64,000 nucleotides of DNA from Nitrosopumilaceae archaeon. GTDB taxonomy: Archaea > Thermoproteota > Nitrososphaeria > Nitrososphaerales > Nitrosopumilaceae. Below the pieces are notes generated by a model, which saw only the letters and a program-made list of their open reading frames with translations, had not been told where the DNA came from and searched no databases. Location: positions 13,131 to 77,130 of the forward strand of contig DASSAK010000008.1 of NCBI GenBank assembly GCA_035685445.1. Direction: 5' to 3'. Within the stretch, counting starts at the first letter, position 1. Every line of letters starts with the position of its first letter. Made by a program: the position numbers and the translations under genes. Of this stretch, positions 9,543 to 17,602 are shown in pieces.

Positions 9543-10507
9543 ACTGTACTTCCACGTTCCTGCATTCTTAATTCTAATTTATCAACATCTAATCCTAACA
9601 TTGATTGTCTTTCATCAATCATTTTTTGTGCTTCTTTTACTTTGTCTGGTTCTTCCCAGAATGTTGTTGCAAGAACTACTGCTCTTGCTCTTTCTTTTGC
9701 ATCATCAGCTTTGAAAATTCCTGAACCGACAAAAATTCCATCACAACCTAGTGACATCAAATATGCTGCGTCGGCTGGTGTTGCAATTCCACCTGCAGCA
9801 AAATTAACAACAGGTAATCTTCCAATCTTTGCAGTTTCTTTTACAAGATCATATGAAACATGAAATTCTCTTGCCATCTTTACAAGGTCTTGTTCATCAC
9901 CAGAATCATAAATTGATTTGATTGCTCTAAGTTCGTCATTTACTTTTTTGATATGAGTTACAGCTTCTGCAACATTTCCTGTACCAGGTTCTCCTTTTGT
10001 TCTAATCATTGCAGCACCTTCCTCTACTCTACGTAATGCTTCTGCAAGTGAGCGTGCACCGTTAACAAATGGAGTTGTAAAATCCCATTTCCAAATATGA
10101 TGATTTTCATCAGCTGGTGTTAAAACTTCTGACTCATCAATCATGTCAACATCAGTTTCAGCAAGAACTCTTGCTTCATACACATGTCCAATCCTACATT
10201 TTGCCATAACAGGAATTGTTACTGAATCCATAATATCTTGAATAACTCTAATGCTTGCTGTTCTTGCAACCCCACCAGCTGCTCTAACGTCAGAAGGAAG
10301 TTTATCTAAGACCATTACTGAAACTGCGCCAGCTTCTTCAGCAATCTGAGCTTGTTCAACTGTTGTTACATCCATAACAACTCCATTTTTTAGCATGTGA
10401 GCAAAACCACGCTTTACAGTCGAAGTGCCACGAATAACCGAAGTGGAATCTATATTTTCATTAACTATACCTGTTGCAGTTTTTATATCACCAGAAAGCG
10501 GAATCAT
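9539..10507 (-). CDS. pdxS: pyridoxal 5'-phosphate synthase, lyase subunit
   Basis: [26 protein letters not shown], and [17 protein letters not shown] is typical of PdxS/SNZ. Confidence 0.95.
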   Translation of the reverse strand: MIPLSGDIKTATGIVNENIDSTSVIRGTSTVKRGFAHMLKNGVVMDVTTVEQAQIAEEAGAVSVMVLDKLPSDVRAAGGVARTASIRVIQDIMDSVTIPVMAKCRIGHVYEARVLAETDVDMIDESEVLTPADENHHIWKWDFTTPFVNGARSLAEALRRVEEGAAMIRTKGEPGTGNVAEAVTHIKKVNDELRAIKSIYDSGDEQDLVKMAREFHVSYDLVKETAKIGRLPVVNFAAGGIATPADAAYLMSLGCDGIFVGSGIFKADDAKERARAVVLATTFWEEPDKVKEAQKMIDERQSMLGLDVDKLELRMQERGSTV

Positions 10508-10531
10508 GATTCTAATCCATCAAATGGCTAT

Positions 10532-11065
10532 TTATTCTATTAATTGAGAAATTATCTGATCTAGTTCAGCTTCTACCATAGTAATGATTGGAGGAACAAA
10601 TTTCTCAGTTGCGTTTTGTTCAGGCCAATGAATTTGCTTTACTTGACCATTAAGCATTATCTTTAATGAAGATTTTTGATATTCTGTTACATTTTCATTT
10701 ACTGGAAAAGATTCTGTTGGAATTGATATGAATCCGGTTTCTTTAATCAATGCAGTGAGTTTTTTCATTCTTTCTTCATCAAGTTTAAAAAATTTATCAG
10801 GTTTTGTGACTCCTTCTTCTGTTACAGTGTATCTAACATCACCATTGTTTTGAATTGATAAAATTTCACTTTTCTGAGCACCAACTCTCTCAGTTACACC
10901 AAATGAGACTTCTTTGAGTTGATGTTTTGTATATTCAATCTCAATTTTATCATTAGGATTTGCAGCTGAAAAAGGAATTTCAGGTTGTGAAATTAAAGAT
11001 ATTCCAATTAATATTGCAAAAATAACAGGAATCGCGCCTACAATGAGTATAACTGGTTTTACCAT
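10532..11065 (-). CDS. hypothetical protein with an N-terminal membrane anchor
   Basis: ORF with a hydrophobic N-terminus (VILIVGAIPVIFAILIGISLI). No recognisable domain. Confidence 0.5.
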   Translation of the reverse strand: MVKPVILIVGAIPVIFAILIGISLISQPEIPFSAANPNDKIEIEYTKHQLKEVSFGVTERVGAQKSEILSIQNNGDVRYTVTEEGVTKPDKFFKLDEERMKKLTALIKETGFISIPTESFPVNENVTEYQKSSLKIMLNGQVKQIHWPEQNATEKFVPPIITMVEAELDQIISQLIE

Positions 11066-11182
11066 GATTAGTCTTTATGTTCTTCGCGTTTAATTCGCAA
11101 ATAAATCTTGGTAAAAATAACTTAAAATCCTACGATTTTTTTTGTTTGTTTGTGGGGTCGTAGCCTAGCCTGGTAGGGCGAC

Positions 11183-11209
11183 AGTGTCTACGAAATAGAT
11201 CACCGCTAA
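11183..11209 (+). other. tRNA-Trp intron 1 (27 nt), non-canonical position 28/29 in the 5' strand of the anticodon stem
   Basis: 4-bp helix GGCG(11177-11180)/CGCT(11204-11207) flanked by 3-nt bulges ACA and AAG that contain the splice sites. An inner hairpin GTGTCT/AGA(T)CAC completes a bulge-helix-bulge-like geometry. Confidence 0.65.
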
Positions 11210-11218
11210 GGGCTCCAG

Positions 11219-11270
11219 AGGTTAAACTAAGCTACTGATGAAAAGATGATGTAAGTTTGGAGCTGTAGTG
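11219..11270 (+). other. tRNA-Trp intron 2 (52 nt), canonical position 37/38
   Basis: Bulges AGA and TGA flank helix CTCC/GTAG (one mismatch). An inner helix GGTT/AGCT plus AAAC/GTTT follows. The splice restores the loop CTCCAGA. Confidence 0.6.
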
Positions 11271-11321
11271 ACCCGTAGGTCGCCGGTTCGATTCCGGTCG
11301 GCCCCACGTTATTTTTTAAGA

Positions 11322-13649
11322 TTATTTTTCTTTTGAACGAAGAACATTGAGTGCAGAACCTGCGCGGAACCATTCAAGTTGAAAATTATTGTATGAATGA
11401 TTTAATGAAATTTCATCTTTTGTACCATCGTCATGATGAATTATGCATTTTACAGGCATTGCAGGCTTTAGATCGTTTAACCCGACAATGCTAATTCTAT
11501 CATTTTCTTTGATTTTATCATAATCGCTTGCATTCGAAAAAGTCAATGCAAGAACACCTTGTTTTTTTAAATTTGTTTCATGTATTCTAGCAAAGCTTTT
11601 TACAATTACAGCGGCACAACCCAAAAATCTTGGAGTCATAGCTGCGTGCTCTCTACTACTTCCTTCGCCATAATTATTGTCACCAATTATTACCCAACGA
11701 ATTTGTTTTGCTTTATACTGTCTAGCAATTTGTGGGCAAGGCTCAATTTGATTTGTCAGAATGTTTTTTCCTTTTCCAACTTCATCATTAAATGCATTAA
11801 CTGCTCCAAGTAACATGTTATCACTAAGATTATCCAGATGTCCTCTAAAAGTCAGCCAAGCGCCTGCGGGGGATATATGATCAGTTGTACACTTGCCTTT
11901 TGCTTTAATCAATATAGGCAATTCTTCAAAATCCTTACCATCCCAAGAGTCAAATGGGTCTAAAAGCTGTAACCGTTTACTATTTTTATTAATAATTAAT
12001 TCAACACTTTCAGGATTTTTTGATGGTTCAATGTAAATTCCTTCTGGTCTTTTAAATCCATTTTCTGGAACTTCGGGTGATTTTTTTGGAGGTTCCAGTT
12101 TGAATTTAGAACCATCTTTTGCAATCAATGTGTCAGATAGAGGATTAAATGAAAGATTTCCACCAAGAGCTAATGCAATTACTAATTCTGGACTACTAAG
12201 AAAGCTCATTGTTTCTCGTCTTCCATCATTACGTCCAGGAAAATTTCGATTGAATGAAGATACTATAGTATTTGATTCTCCTTTTTTTAATTCTGGTCTT
12301 GACCACTGTCCAATACATGGTCCACACGCATTAGCAAGAACTGTAGCCCCAATGTCTTTAAGGGATTGCATTTGTCCATCGCGTTCAATTGTAGCTCTTA
12401 TTTGTTCGGAGCCAGGCGTTACAAGTAAAGGAATTTTTGACTTTATTCCTTTTTGTTTTGCTTGTTCTGCAAGGCTAGCAGCTCTTGACATATCTTCGTA
12501 TGAAGAATTTGTGCAGCTTCCAATCAGTGCAACTGAAATTTCATCAAGATATTGATTGTTTTTAACATCCGATGCAAGCTGAGAAATTGGTCTTGCCAAG
12601 TCAGGAGTGTGTGGTCCGACAATGTGTGGTTCAAGAGTTGAAAGATTAATTTCAATAACTTTGTCAAAATATTTTTCTGGATTTTGTTCTACTTCAGGAT
12701 CTGCAGTTAGTAATTCTTTATGCTGATTTGCAATCTCTGCAATTTTTTCACGATTAGTGTATTTTAGATATGTTTCCATTCTTTCATCGTATGGAAAAAT
12801 AGAACATGTGGCACCAACTTCTGCACCCATGTTAGTGATGGTAGCTTTTCCAGTACAGCTGATTGATTTTGCTCCAGGTCCAAAGTATTCAATAACTGAA
12901 TTTGTTCCACCGGATACAGTTAGTTCACCTGCAACTCGTAAAATGATGTCTTTTGGTGCGGTCCAACCATTTAATTCTCCAGTAAGATGAACCCCAATGC
13001 GTTTTGGATATAGAATTTCCCATGGCATTCCTGCCATCGTTTCTGCTGCATCAACACCGCCAACCCCAATTGCTATCATTCCTAAACCACCTGCATTAGG
13101 CGTATGAGAGTCAGTTCCAATCATCAAGCCACCCGGAAAGGCATAGTTTTCAAGTACAACTTGATGAATTATTCCAGCTCCGGGTTTCCAAAAACCAATT
13201 CCATATTTGCTCGCTGCTGATTGTAAAAATTTAAACACTTCACTATTTTCATCTAAAGAAACTCGCATGTCAGTTTCACCTTCAACTTTGGCTCGAATCA
13301 AGTGGTCACAGTGTACTGTTGTAGGTAATGATGTTTGTTTAAGTCCAGCTTGAATAAACTGAAGTAATACCATTTGTCCTGTTACATCTTGTAATGCAAC
13401 TCTATCAGGTTTGAGATAAACATAGTTTTTACCATCATCTAGATTTTTTTCTTCAATTTCAACTAAATGACCAGCAAGAATTTTTTCTGTAAGTGTAAGT
13501 GGTCTGTTAACGATTTTTCTAAATTCATTAATTTTTTCTTCAGAGTTTTTGTATACATTTGAAACCATTTCTGGCGTAGTTTCTATTTCCATAACTGGTT
13601 TTGGTTCAAGACTTGAATTTAATATTTCGAATTTCTTTTTATTAGGCAC
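11322..13649 (-). CDS. aconitate hydratase (mitochondrial-type aconitase)
   Basis: 775 aa with IGTDSHTPNAGGLG, IGSCTNSSYEDM and NRNFPGRNDG, the Fe-S ligand and active-site motifs of aconitase. Confidence 0.9.
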   Translation of the reverse strand: MPNKKKFEILNSSLEPKPVMEIETTPEMVSNVYKNSEEKINEFRKIVNRPLTLTEKILAGHLVEIEEKNLDDGKNYVYLKPDRVALQDVTGQMVLLQFIQAGLKQTSLPTTVHCDHLIRAKVEGETDMRVSLDENSEVFKFLQSAASKYGIGFWKPGAGIIHQVVLENYAFPGGLMIGTDSHTPNAGGLGMIAIGVGGVDAAETMAGMPWEILYPKRIGVHLTGELNGWTAPKDIILRVAGELTVSGGTNSVIEYFGPGAKSISCTGKATITNMGAEVGATCSIFPYDERMETYLKYTNREKIAEIANQHKELLTADPEVEQNPEKYFDKVIEINLSTLEPHIVGPHTPDLARPISQLASDVKNNQYLDEISVALIGSCTNSSYEDMSRAASLAEQAKQKGIKSKIPLLVTPGSEQIRATIERDGQMQSLKDIGATVLANACGPCIGQWSRPELKKGESNTIVSSFNRNFPGRNDGRRETMSFLSSPELVIALALGGNLSFNPLSDTLIAKDGSKFKLEPPKKSPEVPENGFKRPEGIYIEPSKNPESVELIINKNSKRLQLLDPFDSWDGKDFEELPILIKAKGKCTTDHISPAGAWLTFRGHLDNLSDNMLLGAVNAFNDEVGKGKNILTNQIEPCPQIARQYKAKQIRWVIIGDNNYGEGSSREHAAMTPRFLGCAAVIVKSFARIHETNLKKQGVLALTFSNASDYDKIKENDRISIVGLNDLKPAMPVKCIIHHDDGTKDEISLNHSYNNFQLEWFRAGSALNVLRSKEK

Positions 13650-13743
13650 AAAATTCCTAACAATTATAAGCGAAAAACGGGTTTTTTAGAGTGTTGTTTG
13701 GGGGAGTATTTTAAAATCTCGCTTTGAGGTGAGGTGATTCAAG

Positions 13744-14376
13744 ATGGTTAACAAAGGTTTTCCTAAATTTGGCATGTCTCAAGCTGGTGCATATGTTGCA
13801 GCATTAAAGAACTATAATTTACCAGATTTTATTTTAGTATTAGTTGCAAAAGAATGCAAGTCCGACTTGTTAGAACGTGGCCGAATTGATGATAGATTAC
13901 AAAGTATGAATGATCGGGCACTTGAATTATTGCATCAAGTGTTTGTTGATTGTGAGGAAGATGAAAATGGACATTTTGCTCAATATCGTTTCTATGCATA
14001 TGTTTCGAGCATGTATCACAAATGTGAAGTTTTAATCAATGAGACTATACCTGGAGCTTCAGGAAAAAACCACAAAGTTCCTGTTGCGGTAAAAAGTAAT
14101 GGAATGTACATTGCAATTGCATTTAACAAAGCAACTGGAAAACCTGTAAACAAACGTGAGACTACAAAATTCTATTCAATTGTAGATGATATTAAGAAAG
14201 GAGATCATGGTACTCAGTTAGGTGATGCAATTTATGGTTCTTCAGTAGGCTTTAGAGGAGAAGCCTTGGTGGAACTTGAGAAACTTAGCAAATCAAGAAA
14301 GCAAGATGCTGAACATAAATTAGATTTTAAGACAGCTAATTTTGAAAACAACATATATTCAGTTACAAAGTGTTAA
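13744..14376 (+). CDS. hypothetical protein
   Basis: 210-aa ORF with normal composition and no recognisable motif. Confidence 0.45.
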   Translation: MVNKGFPKFGMSQAGAYVAALKNYNLPDFILVLVAKECKSDLLERGRIDDRLQSMNDRALELLHQVFVDCEEDENGHFAQYRFYAYVSSMYHKCEVLINETIPGASGKNHKVPVAVKSNGMYIAIAFNKATGKPVNKRETTKFYSIVDDIKKGDHGTQLGDAIYGSSVGFRGEALVELEKLSKSRKQDAEHKLDFKTANFENNIYSVTKC

Positions 14377-14444
14377 ACACAATTAAATTAATTTCATTAC
14401 ATTTGAAATAAACAAAAAGATAGGTGGTTTTAATTTTGATTATG

Positions 14445-15011
14445 TTATATTTGAAAGCCCGACATATCCATTGTTAAAAACATTGGTTTATCTTCTGTTT
14501 TTTCAAAATCATGGTCATATTGTTCAAATTTTAAATCACTGTAGAAATGTTTTGTCCACACATCGTGTACATCCTGAATGTATCTTTTGTAACCAACCTG
14601 TCTTAGTAGTTCATGTGCAATCTCATGAGAAACAGTTGTGCAGTTTTTTTCAGCTAAGAATAACAAGTCATCTTGGTTTTTTGGTTGTTGCCACCAAACC
14701 ATTCCAAAGTTTTCTGCATGATATCCCTCACAAGTGCAATCGGTCCAAAATGGTTTGAAATGACTCAGATAGAAATGATAAATGTCTCTTCCACGTTCTT
14801 GATGATCTTTGGCAAGAAGATGGGTGTCTAATCTCTGAAAAAGGTTTCTAGGAGTTGTAATCATCTCATCTGTTTTGATCTCAAAATCTTTTGAAAAGTA
14901 TTTTTTAATCCAAACTTTGTAGAATTGTGCCATTTGTTTAATGTATTCGTATTCAGTTTTTCTTTTTTCTAGATCTTGTTCTTTAATTACAAAAATAAAA
15001 TGAAGCAGCAT
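14445..15011 (-). CDS. hypothetical protein with an HExxH zincin-like motif
   Basis: 188 aa. VSHEIAHELL is a metallopeptidase-type HExxH. I recognise nothing else in it. Confidence 0.45.
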   Translation of the reverse strand: MLLHFIFVIKEQDLEKRKTEYEYIKQMAQFYKVWIKKYFSKDFEIKTDEMITTPRNLFQRLDTHLLAKDHQERGRDIYHFYLSHFKPFWTDCTCEGYHAENFGMVWWQQPKNQDDLLFLAEKNCTTVSHEIAHELLRQVGYKRYIQDVHDVWTKHFYSDLKFEQYDHDFEKTEDKPMFLTMDMSGFQI

Positions 15012-15029
15012 TGTAATAAAAAGAGGTGA

Positions 15030-15269
15030 TTAAGTTTGGCCTTCTATTCCCATCAGCGTTAATGTTGAACGAATTTTTTCAATTTTTCTAATTTTCCAAG
15101 TGATTGTTTCTCTTAGTTTTTCAACAGTGTCTGATTCGATTTTGGCCAAAATATCATACGCTCCAAAGGTTCCATGAACCTCTTTAACGCCTTCAAGACC
15201 TTTCAGCTGTTGTATGATTGCTTCTTCAGATCCCAATTCACAATTTATTAGAACGTAAGCTGTTGCCAT
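15030..15269 (-). CDS. stand-alone Lrp/AsnC-type ligand-binding (RAM) domain protein
   Basis: 79 aa. AYVLINCELGSEEAIIQQLKGLEGVKEVHGTFGAYDILAKIE matches the typical RAM-domain pattern. Confidence 0.6.
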   Translation of the reverse strand: MATAYVLINCELGSEEAIIQQLKGLEGVKEVHGTFGAYDILAKIESDTVEKLRETITWKIRKIEKIRSTLTLMGIEGQT

Positions 15270-15317
15270 GATTTTGTTAATACGACGGCATATATCAATA
15301 AACCGATTTTTTTCAAC

Positions 15318-15728
15318 TTATTTTTTCGAGGTCTTCATAATATAGTTCCAGATTTCTTTTGGAACGGGCATTACGGATAATCTTGAAATTCTCAATAATT
15401 CCCAATTTTTGAATTTTTTTTGTTTTTTTATTTCGGCCAAAGTTACGGGATTTTTTAGTTCTTTTTTATATTTTACATCAACAACAACAAATCTCTTATT
15501 TTTTTCATCTGGATTTGGATATGGATTTGAGGTTACTTCCATGATGCCGACAATTTGCTTTTCACCACCCGAATGATAAAACAAAATTAAATCGCCTTTT
15601 TTCATTGCATTGATATGTTTTAGAGCAAGATTGTTATGAACTCCATCCCAAACTGTTTTCTTATCTTTTTTTAATGAAGAAAAATTGTAACTTTTTGGTT
15701 CCTGTTTGGCTAACCAGTAATTTACCAT
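15318..15728 (-). CDS. EVE (PUA-like) domain protein
   Basis: MVNYWLAKQEPKSY...WDGVHNNLALKHINAMKKGDLILFYHSG is the canonical EVE/DUF55 N-terminus. Confidence 0.7.
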   Translation of the reverse strand: MVNYWLAKQEPKSYNFSSLKKDKKTVWDGVHNNLALKHINAMKKGDLILFYHSGGEKQIVGIMEVTSNPYPNPDEKNKRFVVVDVKYKKELKNPVTLAEIKKQKKFKNWELLRISRLSVMPVPKEIWNYIMKTSKK

Positions 15729-15777
15729 TGTTGGATGTGTTGTAAAGAGTATTTTATTCCTTATCTAAGGAATTTAG

Positions 15778-15957
15778 AAAATAATTGTTCCCCGGTTCTG
15801 ACTCGCACAGGATCATTGGTGATAGCCATTCTCCTCCCTGAGATCTTTAACCGGGGCTGCCCACATGTAGCACATCTGGGTGAATTAGAAATCATTGGCA
15901 TCATTACGATCGACATCATTCTAATCCGTCTATGTGCCTGCTCTAAGGGCACTAAGT
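15778..15957 (-). ncRNA. candidate structured sRNA (~175 nt) of unknown class, possibly containing an H/ACA-like hairpin
   Basis: Roughly 50 percent GC block in an AT-rich genome. Both-strand ORFs here look non-coding. Three hairpins: GTGCC/GGCAC (15934-15952), GGATTAGAA/TTCTAATTC (15882-15927, a G-U on the minus strand but a C-A mismatch on the plus strand), and CCCCGGTT/AACCGGGG (15790-15856). A TTAATATTT element lies upstream and ACA plus a T-run lies downstream on the minus strand. Confidence 0.45.
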
Positions 15958-15964
15958 GATTTAC

Positions 15965-17602
15965 TTAGTCAAATATTAATCCAGATAGTTTGATTTCAAA
16001 TCCCACGACTGGTGCACGAATCTTAAAGTTATCTCTTACTTTAGAATCAATCTCGCCAATAATACCATATGGCTTTCCGTTAACTATGATTTCAGCTGTA
16101 CTACCTTCAGCAAAAGTTGGATGAGATGATGTTTTTGTGTTGCAATCAATGTTAAATCCAGTTTTTAGTGTTGATTGCATGATTGATTTAATTTCAGAGA
16201 AATTAGCATCGTTATGAGCACTAACACAAGCTAAATGAATTTCTTCATTTATTGGAGTACCTTTGGAAAAAACAGTTCCTGTTTCAAATAATTTTTGTGG
16301 ATATTGTTCATGTATATTACTTGAAAGATTGTTGATTAACCCAGCAAGCATAAAATCACGAAGAATCGTATGTTCTTGACTTTTTGAATCCATTACAGAA
16401 ATAATGTTTGATGAATCACGATTAGTAAGATCATAAAGAATTCTTTTGCTAGTTAAACTTGAATTTAGAGCTTCCATGTATCCTAAACCAACCATAGTAT
16501 GACTTAGACTGTTTAGGGTTTCAAATTCATCGTTTTTTTGTCCCAAAGTTTGAGAAGGAGAAAGATTAGGTGTCAGGTTGTCTATCCCATAACCTAAAGC
16601 AACTTCTTCAACTAAATCCATGGTTCCAAATATATCAAATCTATATCGTGGGATTGTGCAAACAATATTCTTGTTTTTTGCAGTAGCATCAAGTCTACAT
16701 TTTTTTAAAGCACTTGCGATTTTTGTTGATGAGAGATTCAATCCCAACATAGAATTTGCTAAATTCTCATTTAGGATGATTTTTCTATTCTTGAATTGCG
16801 GAGTAGAGTTTTTTGCTCCAGAAATTTTTACTGAATTAAGCTCAAATCCAGCACTTTGAAGAACGGTGGCAACAACTGACAACATATCTTCAACATCATT
16901 TTTATCAATCCCTGTAACTTCAACAAAAATATTTTTTGTTTTTGTGGTAACAGTTGTCATTGAAGAATTAATTATTGGTGGAAAAGAAACTGTTTTTCCA
17001 AGTGAATCTAGAATTATTGGTATTTTGGATGAGTTCCCCAAAATATAGCCATAATTTTGACCAACCTCAAAGTTTTTTAGAATTTCAGATATGGTACTTT
17101 CTTTAGTGGAATTGAGTGGAATGAATTTATGATCTCTTGTAGTTGTTGTGTATGATAATGGGAAGGATATTGTATCTAAATCATGAATTCCAATGGAAGA
17201 TTTTCTGCGACGTCGCCCTATACCAAAATGAAGATCCTCTTGCATAACAATGATTTGTCGTAAAACTTTATCGTCGATTTTTGCATTTCTTGCAACAATA
17301 CCTGTAACAAATGGCCTAATTTTGCTTACTGATGAATCAACCTTGATTTGAAAATTGTTTACATTTTTAATTTTTAGTTTTTGAATTCCTTTTTTTGTTC
17401 CAATCAATCCTTGCAAACCTAATGCAATTCCAAAATCAGTAGAATAATCAGGCCGGTTAGGACTGTATTCAACACGGACAAGATCATTTTCTTCAGACTC
17501 TATATCTAAACCAAGAAATGGAAGTTTTTCTAAGATTTTTTTTCTATTTGTTTTTCCAACCAATTTCTGAAGTCTTGGGAGCTCTAGCTCAACTACTGGC
17601 AT
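15965..17602 (-). CDS. pheT: phenylalanyl-tRNA synthetase beta subunit (archaeal type)
   Basis: Track ORF 15965-17623. I prefer the internal MPVVELELPRL start at 17602, which overlaps the pheS stop by 10 nt. Typical archaeal PheT length and B3/4-B5 region. Confidence 0.88.
   Translation of the reverse strand: MPVVELELPRLQKLVGKTNRKKILEKLPFLGLDIESEENDLVRVEYSPNRPDYSTDFGIALGLQGLIGTKKGIQKLKIKNVNNFQIKVDSSVSKIRPFVTGIVARNAKIDDKVLRQIIVMQEDLHFGIGRRRRKSSIGIHDLDTISFPLSYTTTTRDHKFIPLNSTKESTISEILKNFEVGQNYGYILGNSSKIPIILDSLGKTVSFPPIINSSMTTVTTKTKNIFVEVTGIDKNDVEDMLSVVATVLQSAGFELNSVKISGAKNSTPQFKNRKIILNENLANSMLGLNLSSTKIASALKKCRLDATAKNKNIVCTIPRYRFDIFGTMDLVEEVALGYGIDNLTPNLSPSQTLGQKNDEFETLNSLSHTMVGLGYMEALNSSLTSKRILYDLTNRDSSNIISVMDSKSQEHTILRDFMLAGLINNLSSNIHEQYPQKLFETGTVFSKGTPINEEIHLACVSAHNDANFSEIKSIMQSTLKTGFNIDCNTKTSSHPTFAEGSTAEIIVNGKPYGIIGEIDSKVRDNFKIRAPVVGFEIKLSGLIFD

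Larger units (their letters stand above)
11154..11306 (+). tRNA. tRNA-Trp(CCA) with two introns
   Basis: Removing 11183-11209 and 11219-11270 leaves a perfect 74-nt cloverleaf. Acceptor GGGGTCG/CGGCCCC, D arm GCCT-AGCCTGGTA-GGGC, anticodon arm ACGGG-CTCCAGA-CCCGT (CCA at 11215-11217), variable AGGTC, T arm GCCGG-TTCGATT-CCGGT, discriminator A. Confidence 0.75.

Noticed and set aside
11219-11270. Possible box C/D guide RNA inside the tRNA-Trp intron, as known for euryarchaeal pre-tRNA-Trp
   Set aside because: The intron does contain CTGA (11235-11238) and GATGATG (11245-11251) and an 11-nt stretch ending in TGGAG complementary to the anticodon loop. However, there is no box C near its 5' end and the terminal box D would be CTGT. 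The N+5 rule would target A36 rather than C34, and the second guide has no match in the tRNA. The TGGAG complementarity is also explained by the splicing helix.
11154-11306. Alternative identities for the intron-containing tRNA: class II Leu/Ser via the hairpin GACC-CGTA-GGTC, Arg(ACG) via loop CTACGAA, Ser(GGA), Gln(UUG)
   Set aside because: Each alternative leaves 7-10 unexplained nucleotides or a mismatched anticodon stem. Only the two-intron Trp(CCA) model gives a perfect 74-nt cloverleaf with bulge-helix-bulge-like splice sites.
12100-12555. Long antisense ORFs inside well-supported genes (151 aa in aconitase, 184 aa at 39404-39958 in the CysK-like gene, 107-119 aa ORFs in pheS, tkt and nuoN)
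   Set aside because: Each lies opposite a gene with strong family motifs. None has a motif, start context or promoter of its own. They are chance open frames.
15778-15957. Identification of the GC-rich element as RNase P RNA, SRP (7S) RNA or an intron-containing tRNA
   Set aside because: I found no GAGGAAAGUCC / ACAGAA-GGCUUA P4 motifs in the proper arrangement, no SRP helix-8 GGAA-AGCA motif, and no T-loop. The spacer is also too short (236 bp) for archaeal RNase P or SRP RNA.
15735-15959. 74-aa (+) and 63-aa (-) ORFs in the pheT/EVE spacer
   Set aside because: Both cover the same GC-rich hairpin-rich block. The peptides are Arg/Cys/Met-rich nonsense, so I interpret the region as an RNA element.
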